Shown here one piece after another: positions 12,286 to 22,896 of a DNA stretch of 39,853 nt. Below the pieces are notes generated by a model, which saw nothing but the letters and a program-made list of their open reading frames with translations, did no database searches and had not been told where the DNA came from. Source of the stretch: Nemertoderma westbladi (Eukaryota; Animalia; Xenacoelomorpha); assembly GCA_032718475.1 (NCBI GenBank), contig JAUCBJ010007017.1:1-39853 (forward strand). Reading direction: 5' to 3'. Both the position numbers and the translations under genes were made by a program. Each line of letters starts with the position of its first letter. Within the stretch, counting starts at the first letter, position 1.

Positions 12286-13297
12286 TTTTACTGAAAACTA
12301 TGCGAAGGCCGTAATTTTGTTGTTTATCTAGGTTGTATAATAGTTCTTTATATCCATGTTTTTTATGTAGGGGCGCTAGTAAATTACTACAGTAATTGTG
12401 ATGTGGTAAAACTGTTGCCTTAAATATATTTAATTTAGTTTTAACAGATAACTGGCCCTTGATTCTCCGCAAACAGGAGTTCGCCAGTCCCATTTTATTA
12501 GATATGGATTTAATTTGGCACTTCCAATTCAATTTATTATCTATATAGACGCCCAAATATTTTATATTTTCAGATTGTGGTATTATGGTATTTTTTGTTG
12601 TTAGTTTTATATCGTCAGTTTCAGGGGAGCGACTGTGCGGGGATAATAGTAAGAATTCTGTCTTGTCCGTATTAAGGTTTAGGTGTAGGTTTGCAAAAGT
12701 AGTCTCTAGGTCATTTACTTGTTTTTCTAGTGTCGCCGTAGCTATTTTTGGATCAGTATGTGAAAAAAATATCAGAGTGTCATCAGCGTATTGCACAAGA
12801 TCAAGATCAAAGAAAGTTTTTAAATTATTTACATATAAAAGGAATAATAGTGGTCCTAACTGCGTTCCTTGAGGTACCCCCCTGTTTATAGTTTCCCATT
12901 TTGAATAAGTCTCATTTATTTTAACACGTTGTGGCCTGTCCCTTAAGAAATTTTCTAGCAGTGTAATGGCGGTCCGATGTAATCCCAGGCATTTTAGTTT
13001 TTTAAGCAGAATCGCGTGGTTCAAAGAATTGAAAGCCTTAGAGAGATCCAAAGCAGCTACAGCCACAAATTTATTTTTATCTACTTGTGCTCTCCATGAC
13101 TCTGTGGTATAAATAATTGCATCAGATGTGGAATAGCCCTTTTGGAAACCAAATTGTTTTTTATTAATCAATTTATGCTTATTTATGTAGATGTATAATT
13201 GGTTTATTATTACTTTTTCGAAAATTTTCTCAAATGTCGATGTTACAGATATTGGGCGGTAATTTTCGGGGTCTAAAATGTCACCTAAAAATGTCAA
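12275..13297 (-). CDS. LINE ORF2 reverse transcriptase domain (fragment)
   Basis: Motifs NYRPIS, QFGF, DLSKAF, GVPQG..LGPLLF, YADD, KYLGV. Confidence 0.95.
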   Translation of the reverse strand: MTFLGDILDPENYRPISVTSTFEKIFEKVIINQLYIYINKHKLINKKQFGFQKGYSTSDAIIYTTESWRAQVDKNKFVAVAALDLSKAFNSLNHAILLKKLKCLGLHRTAITLLENFLRDRPQRVKINETYSKWETINRGVPQGTQLGPLLFLLYVNNLKTFFDLDLVQYADDTLIFFSHTDPKIATATLEKQVNDLETTFANLHLNLNTDKTEFLLLSPHSRSPETDDIKLTTKNTIIPQSENIKYLGVYIDNKLNWKCQIKSISNKMGLANSCLRRIKGQLSVKTKLNIFKATVLPHHNYCSNLLAPLHKKHGYKELLYNLDKQQNYGLRIVFSKKNT

Positions 13298-15972
13298 ATA
13301 TCACTTAGTTTCAGTTTCTGAGGGAAGACTGAAGTGGTTAGACATTTATTGATAATAAGTGTTAATGGAGTAACTATTTGGTATCTAACAAGTTTAATAA
13401 TTTTAGGTGGCATACTGGATGGACCATTTGGTTTATTTATATTTATTTTGCTTAGGATATCAAATACTTCCATGTCACTAACGTTGAAAAATGCAAATTC
13501 AGGCCTTAACTGCATCTGCGATTCTTCATTGTAAGAAGTGGTATTATTAGACCAATCCTTATTGTAGTGCTGGGGAGTATTTGATGTTTTGAGTCCTAGG
13601 TTTAAAAATACCCTATTGAAAATCTTAGCGATACTGGATTTAGTGTTGTAAATAATATTGTCCATATCCCTTAAGCGATTAATTTTGGTTTGTGCCTTTT
13701 TTTTATTTAGAATAGAATTGATTATATTCCACCGCAGTTTTGGATCCTTCGCAGTGCCAAATTTATCCCGCATGTGCTGGTTTTTCATATACTTATTTAG
13801 ATTATTATATTTGTTACGTGCACTTTTGAAGGCTTTATAATAAAAATCCTGTTTTGTGGATCGCCATTGTTGTAGTTTGTTCATTTTTTCTTTACGTAGT
13901 TCTTCAAGCTCCTTCGTCCACCATGGAGTATTGATCGGCGGTTTTTTGTTCTCGACAATCAATATTCTCCTGAATGGCGCATGGATATCAAGAACGGCCT
14001 CCATTTTCGCTTCCAAATAGTCATAGCAAAAATTTACGTCCGGACTGTGATACAATGGCGACCAATCAATTTTGTTAATGTCCTCAATGAATTTTGATTC
14101 CGAAAATTGTTTGAAGTTTCTAATAGTTTTCCAACTTTTTTCATTATTTTGGTTGTCCAATTTGTAATTTATATTTGTATTTAATATTACAGTTTCGTGA
14201 TCAGAAAAATCGCAAAATAGAGTAGATGTGTTAATTATTGGTAGATTGTTATCTGAGGTGATAATGAGGTCAAGTAAGGAGTTTTTTGTTTTTCCAAAAC
14301 GAGTCGGTTCGCTGCTATTAATTAATTTCAGGTCGTATTTAGAAAGCATTTCATGGAGATCCCTTGTTTTAATGTTATTTTTATCAAGAATATCGATATT
14401 AAAGTCACCTCCCATTATAATCTCGGTCGATGGATTGTTAATAGCATTCTCGATTTCCTCACTGAAATCTGTTATGAAATTCTTTGAGTTGGGTGGGTTA
14501 TAAGTAACATTTATAAGAAATCGATTATCTACTTCAACCCAAAGCGAGTCGTACGGTACCTTCTTATTTTTTATTTTGATGTCAGGACGTATTTTTTGAG
14601 ACATGTTGTCTGGTATATACAATAATACCCCACCTCCTCGTTTCCTCCTGCGATCGCAGCGATGAACGTTGAATCCCGGCAGAGCAATGGAGCGGTTCGA
14701 GTGTCTTTGTTTCAGCCAAGATTCTGTGATACCTATTATTATATTGCTTGAAATACCAGACAAGATATCCTTTAGTTCGTCATAATTTTTTACTAAGCTA
14801 CGGGTATTTAAGATCATATATTTCAGATTGTTTTGATTTATAATTAAGTGTTCTCGAATATTATCAGTATTTTTACTACTCCTCCTACGTTCTGATTGTT
14901 TATTTAATTTAATATTTATTTTTTTTAGGATTGGTCCTGGGTTTAGGTGTATATCTCCACATCTATGAATTAGCTGAGAGATTATTAAAGCATGTATTAT
15001 AGATATTTGTATAAGGATAGGAGTTAACAGTGCAATTATGTCTATAATTATATTTGCTTTGGAAGTTAATTTAGAAGTGTTATTTATAGAGCATATTGAG
15101 TTATTGTTAGTGGTAGTTTTATTTTTATTTGGTGATTTATGAGATACGAGACCTGGCTGCCACCAGCTACACGCGCTAATGTATATTATTATTATTGTAT
15201 TTAAATTACGTCTAATTGAAGTACTGGTGGGACATAGATGAGTAAGTATTCTTATTGTTAGTGATGTTAAAATGAAGTTTGATATTAGTATTGCTATTGG
15301 TAGAGTTGTAGTCAGTATGGAGGTAATAGATTTGTCAGTAAGCTTACGTTGAGTATAAAGAGATATATTGACTAGTAGTCCTAGTATTATATTACATATT
15401 ACGAGTGTCGATACCATTAAATTATATTTTAATTTGTATTTTTTGGATTTATATTTGATATACCGTAATGCACCCGTTATCAATGAATTAAGATACGACA
15501 TAGTAGATATGCATACTTTTGAGAAAATTTTTCGACGAATTAAATTGCAAATGATAGTAAATATAAATTTGGTTGAGATATATGTAAATATATATATCAA
15601 CTTTATTAAGGAGGAGGGATGTATCATTCCACTACCTATAATAACAACCAACAATCGTAACAATGTGTAACCATTACAACAATGATGTATAATTTGTAGT
15701 TTTACTTTATGTGACGTATTAAAAACGGCAGGTTTGATGTATAATTTGAGCCCCCGCTTCGCAAGTTTTACGAATGTTAATATTAAAAAAGAAAATAGGA
15801 GGCGCTGATTGAACATTAGTATAAGACAGCAGAAATCACAAAATATAGTCATACCAGAGAATTTCTCAAAGCGACCATTGCAGTAAAATAGAGTATCGCA
15901 GTAAAATATACTAAGTATAATCATTATACTATAAAAAATGGTAAAATTTATCATTAAATAACAACTGAACAT
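13294..15972 (-). CDS. LINE ORF2 N-terminal part: hydrophobic leader, 2A-like motif, APE endonuclease, linker
   Basis: Motifs CGDIHLNPGP, NTRSL, ITESWL, GGGVLLY, YNPP, GDFN, LDL, SDH, PWW. The frame breaks at a short duplication at 13273-13296. Confidence 0.93.
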   Translation of the reverse strand: MFSCYLMINFTIFYSIMIILSIFYCDTLFYCNGRFEKFSGMTIFCDFCCLILMFNQRLLFSFLILTFVKLAKRGLKLYIKPAVFNTSHKVKLQIIHHCCNGYTLLRLLVVIIGSGMIHPSSLIKLIYIFTYISTKFIFTIICNLIRRKIFSKVCISTMSYLNSLITGALRYIKYKSKKYKLKYNLMVSTLVICNIILGLLVNISLYTQRKLTDKSITSILTTTLPIAILISNFILTSLTIRILTHLCPTSTSIRRNLNTIIIIYISACSWWQPGLVSHKSPNKNKTTTNNNSICSINNTSKLTSKANIIIDIIALLTPILIQISIIHALIISQLIHRCGDIHLNPGPILKKINIKLNKQSERRRSSKNTDNIREHLIINQNNLKYMILNTRSLVKNYDELKDILSGISSNIIIGITESWLKQRHSNRSIALPGFNVHRCDRRRKRGGGVLLYIPDNMSQKIRPDIKIKNKKVPYDSLWVEVDNRFLINVTYNPPNSKNFITDFSEEIENAINNPSTEIIMGGDFNIDILDKNNIKTRDLHEMLSKYDLKLINSSEPTRFGKTKNSLLDLIITSDNNLPIINTSTLFCDFSDHETVILNTNINYKLDNQNNEKSWKTIRNFKQFSESKFIEDINKIDWSPLYHSPDVNFCYDYLEAKMEAVLDIHAPFRRILIVENKKPPINTPWWTKELEELRKEKMNKLQQWRSTKQDFYYKAFKSARNKYNNLNKYMKNQHMRDKFGTAKDPKLRWNIINSILNKKKAQTKINRLRDMDNIIYNTKSSIAKIFNRVFLNLGLKTSNTPQHYNKDWSNNTTSYNEESQMQLRPEFAFFNVSDMEVFDILSKININKPNGPSSMPPKIIKLVRYQIVTPLTLIINKCLTTSVFPQKLKLSDI

Positions 15973-16065
15973 TATAAAATGGTCATTCTGGATATTATTT
16001 AGAGATACAGTCGATCTGGATAAAATGTTAAAAATACGTTTGATATATTTATTTACGATTTATCA

Positions 16066-17538
16066 TTAAAAATATTGCTCAGTCAGCGGTGTGCTGCTGG
16101 CTGTAATTGCTCTAATTAGGGCTATCGCAGAATCGACTATTGGGTTACTGTCATTACGATTCATTCCGCGATTCCCGTATTGATTGATCGCATCCAACGG
16201 AGTTGGCCGCTGCAACTGCCGAGATGTTGCCGTGTTGAATTGTTGTAGCTGCGGGTTTCTGTACATCGGCTGGTTATGTGGGATTTGCCGTCCCATGGAT
16301 GGAGGAAAACTCCAGGCCGATTGTATTGGAAATTGGCGGCTCGGGAGAGACGGGAACTCTAGCGAGTTGTTCATTAGATGAGCTGGTTGTGGGTTACCGG
16401 TATTCGAGCGAATGAATGGTTGCCGGATCGTTCTGACGGTTTGATCTTTGTTTGTTAGCTTTGTTCCGTGTAGCTGCGATTTAATGTTCCTTGCTAAGAT
16501 ACCTACATACTTTGCCGCGATATGCTTGGAATCGACTAAGTGAGATCGTGTTATATTATCCTGAGGAACGAGAATCACGCCATTAATATTAGCACATAGA
16601 GTTTGTAGTGCCTTGTTAATCGGTTCCACGTTGACATCGGATCTAACGATGAGCTCGGATACGTAAAAACGACAATTTGGCCACCGTTTACGCAGTATTT
16701 CGATACTTCTCTTCGTGTTCCGCGTAATTAAGGGTATATTAGTATTATCCTGGTCACAGTCATTCGTCCCCGCTTGTATATAGATCTGGTTAATTACTCC
16801 GTTAAACTTTGATATTGCTGAGGATGCGTTCCGGATCAGGTCCATAGTGGTAGAACTCGGTACCATCCGGGCCACACAGTCAATTTGCCGAGGGTATATA
16901 TATTTGCGATTACTGTCCATAAACAGTAGTGTCTCCACCAGATTATCTCTATTCTCAGCCGAAGGGACCCTGGTGTATCCCTCGGAGGTGGCACCATCAT
17001 CCGGTAAAGGTACAATCGGGGTGGCTCCATTGTCGTCCTTACTAGTGGATGCCGGACTGGATGTAGAATTGGGATCACCATTCGCAGTAACGAAAGCGGT
17101 TCCGCTATCTGATATTTCGGTGGTTTGGTCCGGGTCTGGCGAAATGATTGGAGCCACATTCCTCTTGTGTGCTTCACTGAGGCTGTGACCTCCCAAGGAG
17201 GGAGGTTTGTTTACATTTTCACTAAGAAGGGTTTTTGTGTTACCGGTAGGCATATTGGTACCGGTATCAATAGACTTACCGGTGCCGGTAGTTGAAACAG
17301 AACCGGTAGGCCTACCGCCGTTATCCTGGTTATGGCAACAACAGCCATTGATAAGCGATTCCACAGCGTTCTCGAGTTTGAATATTCGGATCATATCTCC
17401 ACGTCGGATTTCTTTTAGCTGGGCCAATTCCATTTCCAGTGTTACCAACCTCTCAAACGTAAGCCTACTGCGGTTGCTTGGAGAGCACTCGGTATAACAT
17501 AAACTTCCGTCGGCGTTGGGTGGTATGGTGTGGGAGAA
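16066..17538 (-). CDS. LINE ORF1 C-terminal part: coiled coil plus SGNH/GDSL-like esterase
   Basis: LFMDS, QAGTND and DSKH match SGNH blocks I, III and V. The frame is open from ~17538, upstream of the ORF-track start. Confidence 0.8.
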   Translation of the reverse strand, partial: FSHTIPPNADGSLCYTECSPSNRSRLTFERLVTLEMELAQLKEIRRGDMIRIFKLENAVESLINGCCCHNQDNGGRPTGSVSTTGTGKSIDTGTNMPTGNTKTLLSENVNKPPSLGGHSLSEAHKRNVAPIISPDPDQTTEISDSGTAFVTANGDPNSTSSPASTSKDDNGATPIVPLPDDGATSEGYTRVPSAENRDNLVETLLFMDSNRKYIYPRQIDCVARMVPSSTTMDLIRNASSAISKFNGVINQIYIQAGTNDCDQDNTNIPLITRNTKRSIEILRKRWPNCRFYVSELIVRSDVNVEPINKALQTLCANINGVILVPQDNITRSHLVDSKHIAAKYVGILARNIKSQLHGTKLTNKDQTVRTIRQPFIRSNTGNPQPAHLMNNSLEFPSLPSRQFPIQSAWSFPPSMGRQIPHNQPMYRNPQLQQFNTATSRQLQRPTPLDAINQYGNRGMNRNDSNPIVDSAIALIRAITASSTPLTEQYF

Positions 17539-18014
17539 TTATCTACCGGTATGCTGGTCAGTGTAGTATCTATTTCATTATTGGTACCGTAGGCGGTATA
17601 TCTAGGCCTATCTGAACTGCCTTCCATGAAATACGATTCGTTGAGCGCCCGTCTGGGACTATCGTTACCGTTACCATTACCGGCTGGAACTTTCGTAATT
17701 CCGTAATCGCAAACCGTTGTTTCATTGTCACTTTCATAGGGACTGGTGTCTGGAGTATTCCCTGTGGACTCATCTACGGTTGGGATGATAGTTTTATTTC
17801 TCATATTGATCCTTCGTTGGTAAACTTCGATTTGATCGTCTGGATGTAGTTTGAAGTGTGCCCGTAAACGTAATATTAGTGTCGGTTTTGGGCCAGTTGT
17901 TGGTAGTTTTAAAAAGCGCAGATCTTCTCTTAAAACTTTATTAGTTTGTGTTTCATAATTAAACTCGAGCGTCGTCAGGTCTTCAGCACCATTAGCCTCT
18001 GCTGAGTTGGCCAT
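17442..18014 (-). CDS. LINE ORF1 N-terminal part with SAP-like motif
   Basis: TNKVLREDLRFLKLPTTGPKPTLILRL fits the SAP pattern (LxxxLxxxxLxxxGxKxxLIxRL). It overlaps the downstream ORF in the -1 frame. Confidence 0.72.
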   Translation of the reverse strand: MANSAEANGAEDLTTLEFNYETQTNKVLREDLRFLKLPTTGPKPTLILRLRAHFKLHPDDQIEVYQRRINMRNKTIIPTVDESTGNTPDTSPYESDNETTVCDYGITKVPAGNGNGNDSPRRALNESYFMEGSSDRPRYTAYGTNNEIDTTLTSIPVDNSPTPYHPTPTEVYVIPSALQATAVGLRLRGW

Positions 18015-18159
18015 ATACAGTCAGTGGTTAGTCTGACAGTCAGATTATCAGTTAGGTTAGGTTATTACTGTATTGCAATTTCTGAGCTGAAGTTTACATA
18101 TTACTTTGATTGGTTCACTTACAACTTATGTAATATATCAATCCAGCCAATGAACTAAC

Positions 18160-18328
18160 GTTGAACTTGTCCGAAGATGGAATTCCATTGGCTGTTCAGT
18201 GTATCATATTGGTGCATTATCTTCTTATATTCAGGGTTGTCATAGTCACCGTCCGCAGTCAGCCGGTCGATTGCAGATCTTAGTTCGTCTAGATGGTGTT
18301 TCTTTTCAGTCAATTCTGAATTTATAAT
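18160..18328 (-). CDS. SYNE1: Nesprin-1-like exon (IINSEL...LNSQWNSIFGQVQ), 169 nt, phase 0/1
   Basis: Acceptor tttttgcag, donor gttagt; spectrin helix-C Trp motif. Confidence 0.87.
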
Positions 18329-19136
18329 CTGCAAAAAAATCAAGCAATCAAACTAACTCCCAATTATATACAAATTAAATAAATATTTGAAAAACGTGCT
18401 GTAAGCTGTACGAATTCTGCTGTAAGATAAATGTTCCAGAACTGAAATGGTGCCGGTACTGAAATACTACAACCTACTTATCTTTAAATCAGATTTATAA
18501 CAGATACCTGTATAATAGAAAAGAAAATGTATAATACAATCTCCCTACATTCTACTGTAGTTATGGAAACAGTCATCCTAGTTTTGAAGTTAGAATTCCG
18601 TCATCCGAGGATCACTTGGAGCTGAACTCTGACGAATCTTCTGCACCGAGATGACTGCGGAGTCTTCAACAATGACGATACAAACTGGCTATGGGTGCCA
18701 GAATGTTTTTAATTTGTTTCACTGTAGCTTATATCTGGACGGCCAAAAGGTCGAAAGAGGTTCGCAGCAGAACTCTATCTCTACGACTCTATCTTTTCGG
18801 CTCTTGGCCTGACTTTACCAACTCAATGCTGAAAGACGCAAAAGCTCTCCTGGTGGTTATGCTAGAATCATGTGTCAACCAACATTGGCGGGTATACCAG
18901 CCCCAAATGTGACCTAATGTATAATCAATATGGATACAACCTATATATTCTATAACAGCAACAACACATTAAATATTATTAAATTTGACTGGGATGGAGG
19001 TCTTTCTTGATGTGGATAAGATCGATTTGGAATCCTGCATCGTCGTTTGTACTTTATAAAGTTGACAAGGACGATGCCATTCACATAGTACATATAATCC
19101 CACACAAAAGGGATTAATTAATTAATAACAGCTCAC

Positions 19137-19260
19137 CTTTAATGTTGAGTAAAGATCATCAGGGCCGGTATCTGTTTCATCATTAATCCTCTTTCTTGTC
19201 GACGCCAACCAGTTGTCACAATTCGATATCCGATCTTTTATATTACCTATTTGATATAAC
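19137..19260 (-). CDS. SYNE1: Nesprin-1-like exon (LYQIG...DNWLAST...STLK), 124 nt, phase 2/0
   Basis: Acceptor cccacag, donor gtgagc; open frame translated by hand. Confidence 0.83.
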
Positions 19261-19698
19261 CTGTGGGATTCGAAAATATTATTAGCTTCATTTTTTAAAT
19301 CTGGACTTTTAAAACCGTAAACATAATGAGAAGGGCCGTGTTTCCGAATGTCTCACGGAAAAGAGTTGTTCATAATAAAATTGGGGGGGGGGGGGGGGGG
19401 GGGGGGTGTCTAATATATAATAATTATTAGTAAATATTTAGTAGTAATTGATATTTCTAGCCAACCCCCTAGAAGACAGAATAGAAATGTAAGTGTCTTA
19501 AATTCGGTACCCCCATTGCCAATGCCCGTGTCCATTTTATTTGGATAAGCCATTATTTTTCCTTATTATTATTATTTTATCACATTTGCTTTTATACCTA
19601 ATATTCACTGCGATTATTTAAGACAATCAAAATTATAATAGAGTGATTAAAATAGCTATAGAATCTCAAGCTGCTACTTTACCTCTGTAAGATCATAC

Positions 19699-19871
19699 CT
19701 GTCTGTTATTGAATCAGCCTTATCTCGTAATTGACCATGCAAACTGTTGTAGCTACTGCTGGCGCTCTCCAGTATTCTATCTAACTCATCCTGCCTGGAC
19801 TGACTGCAAGTATTGCGTATTACTAGTTGGTCAGTCTGCAGATGATTCAATGTGGTAGACATTGGCAGAAG
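19699..19871 (-). CDS. SYNE1: Nesprin-1-like exon (LLPMST...SITDR), 173 nt, phase 0/2
   Basis: Acceptor tgtttcag, donor gtatga (required by phase). An in-frame alternative acceptor at 19836 is possible. Confidence 0.78.
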
Positions 19872-20104
19872 CTGAAACAAATATTAAAATGGTTTGGTAG
19901 AACCTGAAAACAAACAAACTGGTTCACGGAGTACAAATAGCCAGTCAGCCACTTAATCTGTACTCGTATAGGTAAATAACTGCTATTAGAAACTACAAAT
20001 AAAATACATAAATATAATACATAATACAAATAATGTACGTGGAGCTGTTGCAAAAACCATATTTATTATGTCCTAACAGTTAACTTCAGTTAAATAATAT
20101 TCAC

Positions 20105-21488
20105 CTCTTTTTCCAAACGTTCTATTTTGTCGAGGGTATCTCTCAGTTCACTTTCGTTTCCGTTATCTTTGCGATGCAAGACTTCTTTGGCGCGTCTCAG
20201 GAATGACATCATGGTCATCTCCGATTCTTCATAACGCTGCCATCCAGTCTCTAGGTCTCCGAGCAAGTCATTTCTCATTCTCACGTCCGATTGCAGGTTG
20301 GCCAGAGATCGTTCCATGGTCAGGTAATCTTTGTTTAAGCTTGTCTGTTCCTTCAACATCCTCAACGTGTCGTACACAGTCGGGACTAGCTTTTCTACCT
20401 CTTTTATAAGCAATGCATGGTCAGCAGCTGCGGATTTAGCTCCAACAAGATTGTCAATGTAAGGGAATTTTGACATATTTACTCCTATCTGATTGAGTTT
20501 GCCTTCTACAACTGATGCCTGCTGTCTACAGTCAAATCTTCGCAGAATTCCTTCTGATCTGGTTGCCATGGTAGCCGAATCATTTAGAAAATCATCCAAA
20601 CGTTTTCTTTCATTTTTAAGTTTAACTTCCTCATCCTCGATTGTGTTTTGATCTCCAATAGTCCGGATTTCGTCCAACTTTCTTTGAAGATTTTCGAAGT
20701 CATGAATTTTATTTTTTCCTTCAGAGTTTCGCTTTTTAAATTCATATAAAATATCGTTATATTTTCTGGAGTCAGATTCAGATTCCCTTAACTCTGCCAA
20801 TATCTGTTCACTGCGATCCAACCACGCGGATAATTCTGCAAATTGCTTCCGGTATTCCGCGAACAGCCCCGGGGCTCGCTCCATCGCTAGAAGTTCCTCA
20901 GCCCGACGCCTTTGGAGTTCGGCTAGACGGGAGCGAAGATCATGATTACCCGAGCCATCGGCACATAAATTTCGCAAACATTCATCGCTGATTTGGTCGA
21001 AGTTGTCATTAAAGAACTCGCGATGCTCGGCAATAATTGAGGCAACATTGTCCCCATCTCGTAGCCGTCGTCTTCCATCACTCAAACGTGACTCTCCCTG
21101 GGAAATCAACTCCAGGAGTATCTGTTTGTCCTTAAGTTGTTGCGATTCTGCTCTATCCAGCAGTAACCGGTCCTTAACCAGATCAAATCGTCGAGAAATT
21201 TCGTGCACTTCATCAGAGATTGTTTGCTTATCATCCTTATCACCAATGATGGTTAACAATGCATCACTGCTGCGTCGGAACTCCAGAGCTAGGCCCGATT
21301 TTGCTATTAGTTCATCGCAGTCAGTAATTCGTCTGTTGTAATCTGACATAGGCTTTCTCAAAAGGGCCTCGGCATTCGATAACCAATCATTGGCATTTGA
21401 TAAATCCTCTCGGTATCTTTTCCATTCCGGTCTGTTCTTCTGCTGGTTCCGCTGCCATTGTATAGCCACAGACTTCAGTTTTTCATAT
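20105..21488 (-). CDS. SYNE1: Nesprin-1-like large exon, 1384 nt, phase 2/0
   Basis: ORF 20090..21469 has spectrin repeats (EWKRY..DWLSNAE, LSAWLDRSE, GWQRYE); acceptor ttttattag, donor gtgaat. Confidence 0.92.
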
Positions 21489-21568
21489 CTAATAAAACAA
21501 ATATTTTTTAAAATAATTTATAGTACAATTCAAATTTTAAATTTCAATAATTATTTATAAACATAATT

Positions 21569-22500
21569 TGTAAGCGGATTCAATTCCATTGCATTATCCA
21601 CCCGAAAATGGGACCAGTGGCATTTTACCAATATAGTTGGGGATACGAGATTACTAATAATATTCTCGCCTCATAACCAACTTTTTTTTGGGGGGGGGGG
21701 GGGGGGGGACGCAGGCCCTAAAGCCACAGAGAGGGGTGAGAGGTCAAACCACCTTGGAGGGAGAACACAGCTAGTAGAGGCTAGCGGCGGGGGGAAACAC
21801 TCACAGGGAGTGCCAAAGTGACGTGTCGCAGTGTCCGAGTGGATACGGCGCCTGAACTGCTTACACAATAGTGTTTGGTGGTGCAGGTTCGAATCCGACT
21901 AAAGGCTGTAGAAATTTCGCACTGTTGTGTCTCTAGGCAAGACACTTTAGACATTAGTGCCTACGCCAACCCAGCGGTATAATGGGAACCTGGCTTTGCT
22001 GGGGTAATGATAATAAAAGCGCTTTGAGTATGCTGAGCGTAGAAAGGCGGTTAGGTTATAAATAACCAATATTATTATTATTATTATATAAGCCAATAGC
22101 AGGCAGGGAAGCACGTGAACAGAGATAAGAAAGCATCCACTGGGTACAGAAGGCCAAGTAGAGTAAGAGGTGAAACCAATATCTGTGTGTATCAATCATA
22201 TAGTTATTCTGTATTCTGTATTACAGTTCACAGAGTTGCAGACCAGTCATAGTTTTCGACCGTCATCACCAACCAGTATCTATCATCTATTACTGATTTA
22301 CTGCTGTCATTCTGTATTTCTGATTTACCGCAATCACATACTAATTCTGTGCTATTATCATTTGGAACATTAACATTGAGGAACACAAACTCTGTTATTT
22401 TCCCCTACGGCTTTCAACCAAAACGATATTAGCTCAGCAGGCCAGCAGGACGGTGACGCGTACTAAACCTAACCCGGTCGGGATCTACGATCCCGTCACA
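21569..22500. mobile_element. Solo LTR (TG...CA) with 5-bp TSD TAATT, interrupted by a SINE
   Basis: Starts tgtaagcgg and ends cccgtcaca; TAATT at 21564-21568 and 22501-22505. Confidence 0.72.
21825..22087 (+). mobile_element. tRNA-derived SINE with L2-type 3' end and (ATT)n tail
   Basis: Box A tgtccgagtgg (21832-21842), box B ggttcgaatcc (21886-21896), central gtgtctctaggcaagacac stem, then aaagcgctttgag...gaaaggcg...tataaat and (att)n. Confidence 0.85.
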
Positions 22501-22896
22501 TAATTTCAAATCAAGAAATTTGGGTAATTTTGGGAATTATGTACATGCATCAACTGTTAACATGTCACGTTGCATTTACGGTTTCAGAAATTCCTCTTCT
22601 GCTTTAAAAAGAGTCCATATTAGCTATTAGCACCCATTTCGTGAATGCCATTCACTCTGAGTACTGAGTAGCATCATAGTGTATGCACAATCAATCAATC
22701 AATGGGATGGAATCTGGTAGCTTATTCCTAAGAGTCTTATTACATACCGGTAAGGCACCAGATCCAATTGATGGTGTATACATACAGTATAAACCATGAT
22801 GCAACTCCAGTAGAACATGGTATTCGTGAGACTTGTACTAATAGACAATATTCGGTTCGCTAAGGTTCGTTCGGGTAGTAGATTGTATTGAATCAT

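Larger units (their letters stand above)
11560..18090 (-). mobile_element. Near full-length APE-type LINE of the CR1/L2 (Crack/Daphne-like) group, sense to the host gene, with 3 frame disruptions
   Basis: ORF1 (SAP + SGNH esterase) followed by ORF2 (2A-like motif, APE, RT, C-terminal IWNSL). Ends are approximate and no TSD was identified. Confidence 0.9.

Noticed and set aside
18540-19090. GC-richer intronic stretch including ORF 18691..18912
   Set aside because: Possibly a decayed transposon fragment, but I could not recognise a domain, termini or usable splice sites.
19683-19698. Alternative donor GAG|gtaaag at 19683
   Set aside because: It would be phase 0, while the next exon needs phase 2; the donor at 19699 fits.
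12585-21341. Short plus-strand ORFs overlapping the LINE ORFs and nesprin exons
   Set aside because: They are antisense shadows of real coding frames with no motifs of their own.
21825-21905. tRNA gene
   Set aside because: Boxes A and B are present but there is no convincing acceptor or anticodon stem, and the sequence continues into a SINE body and tail.
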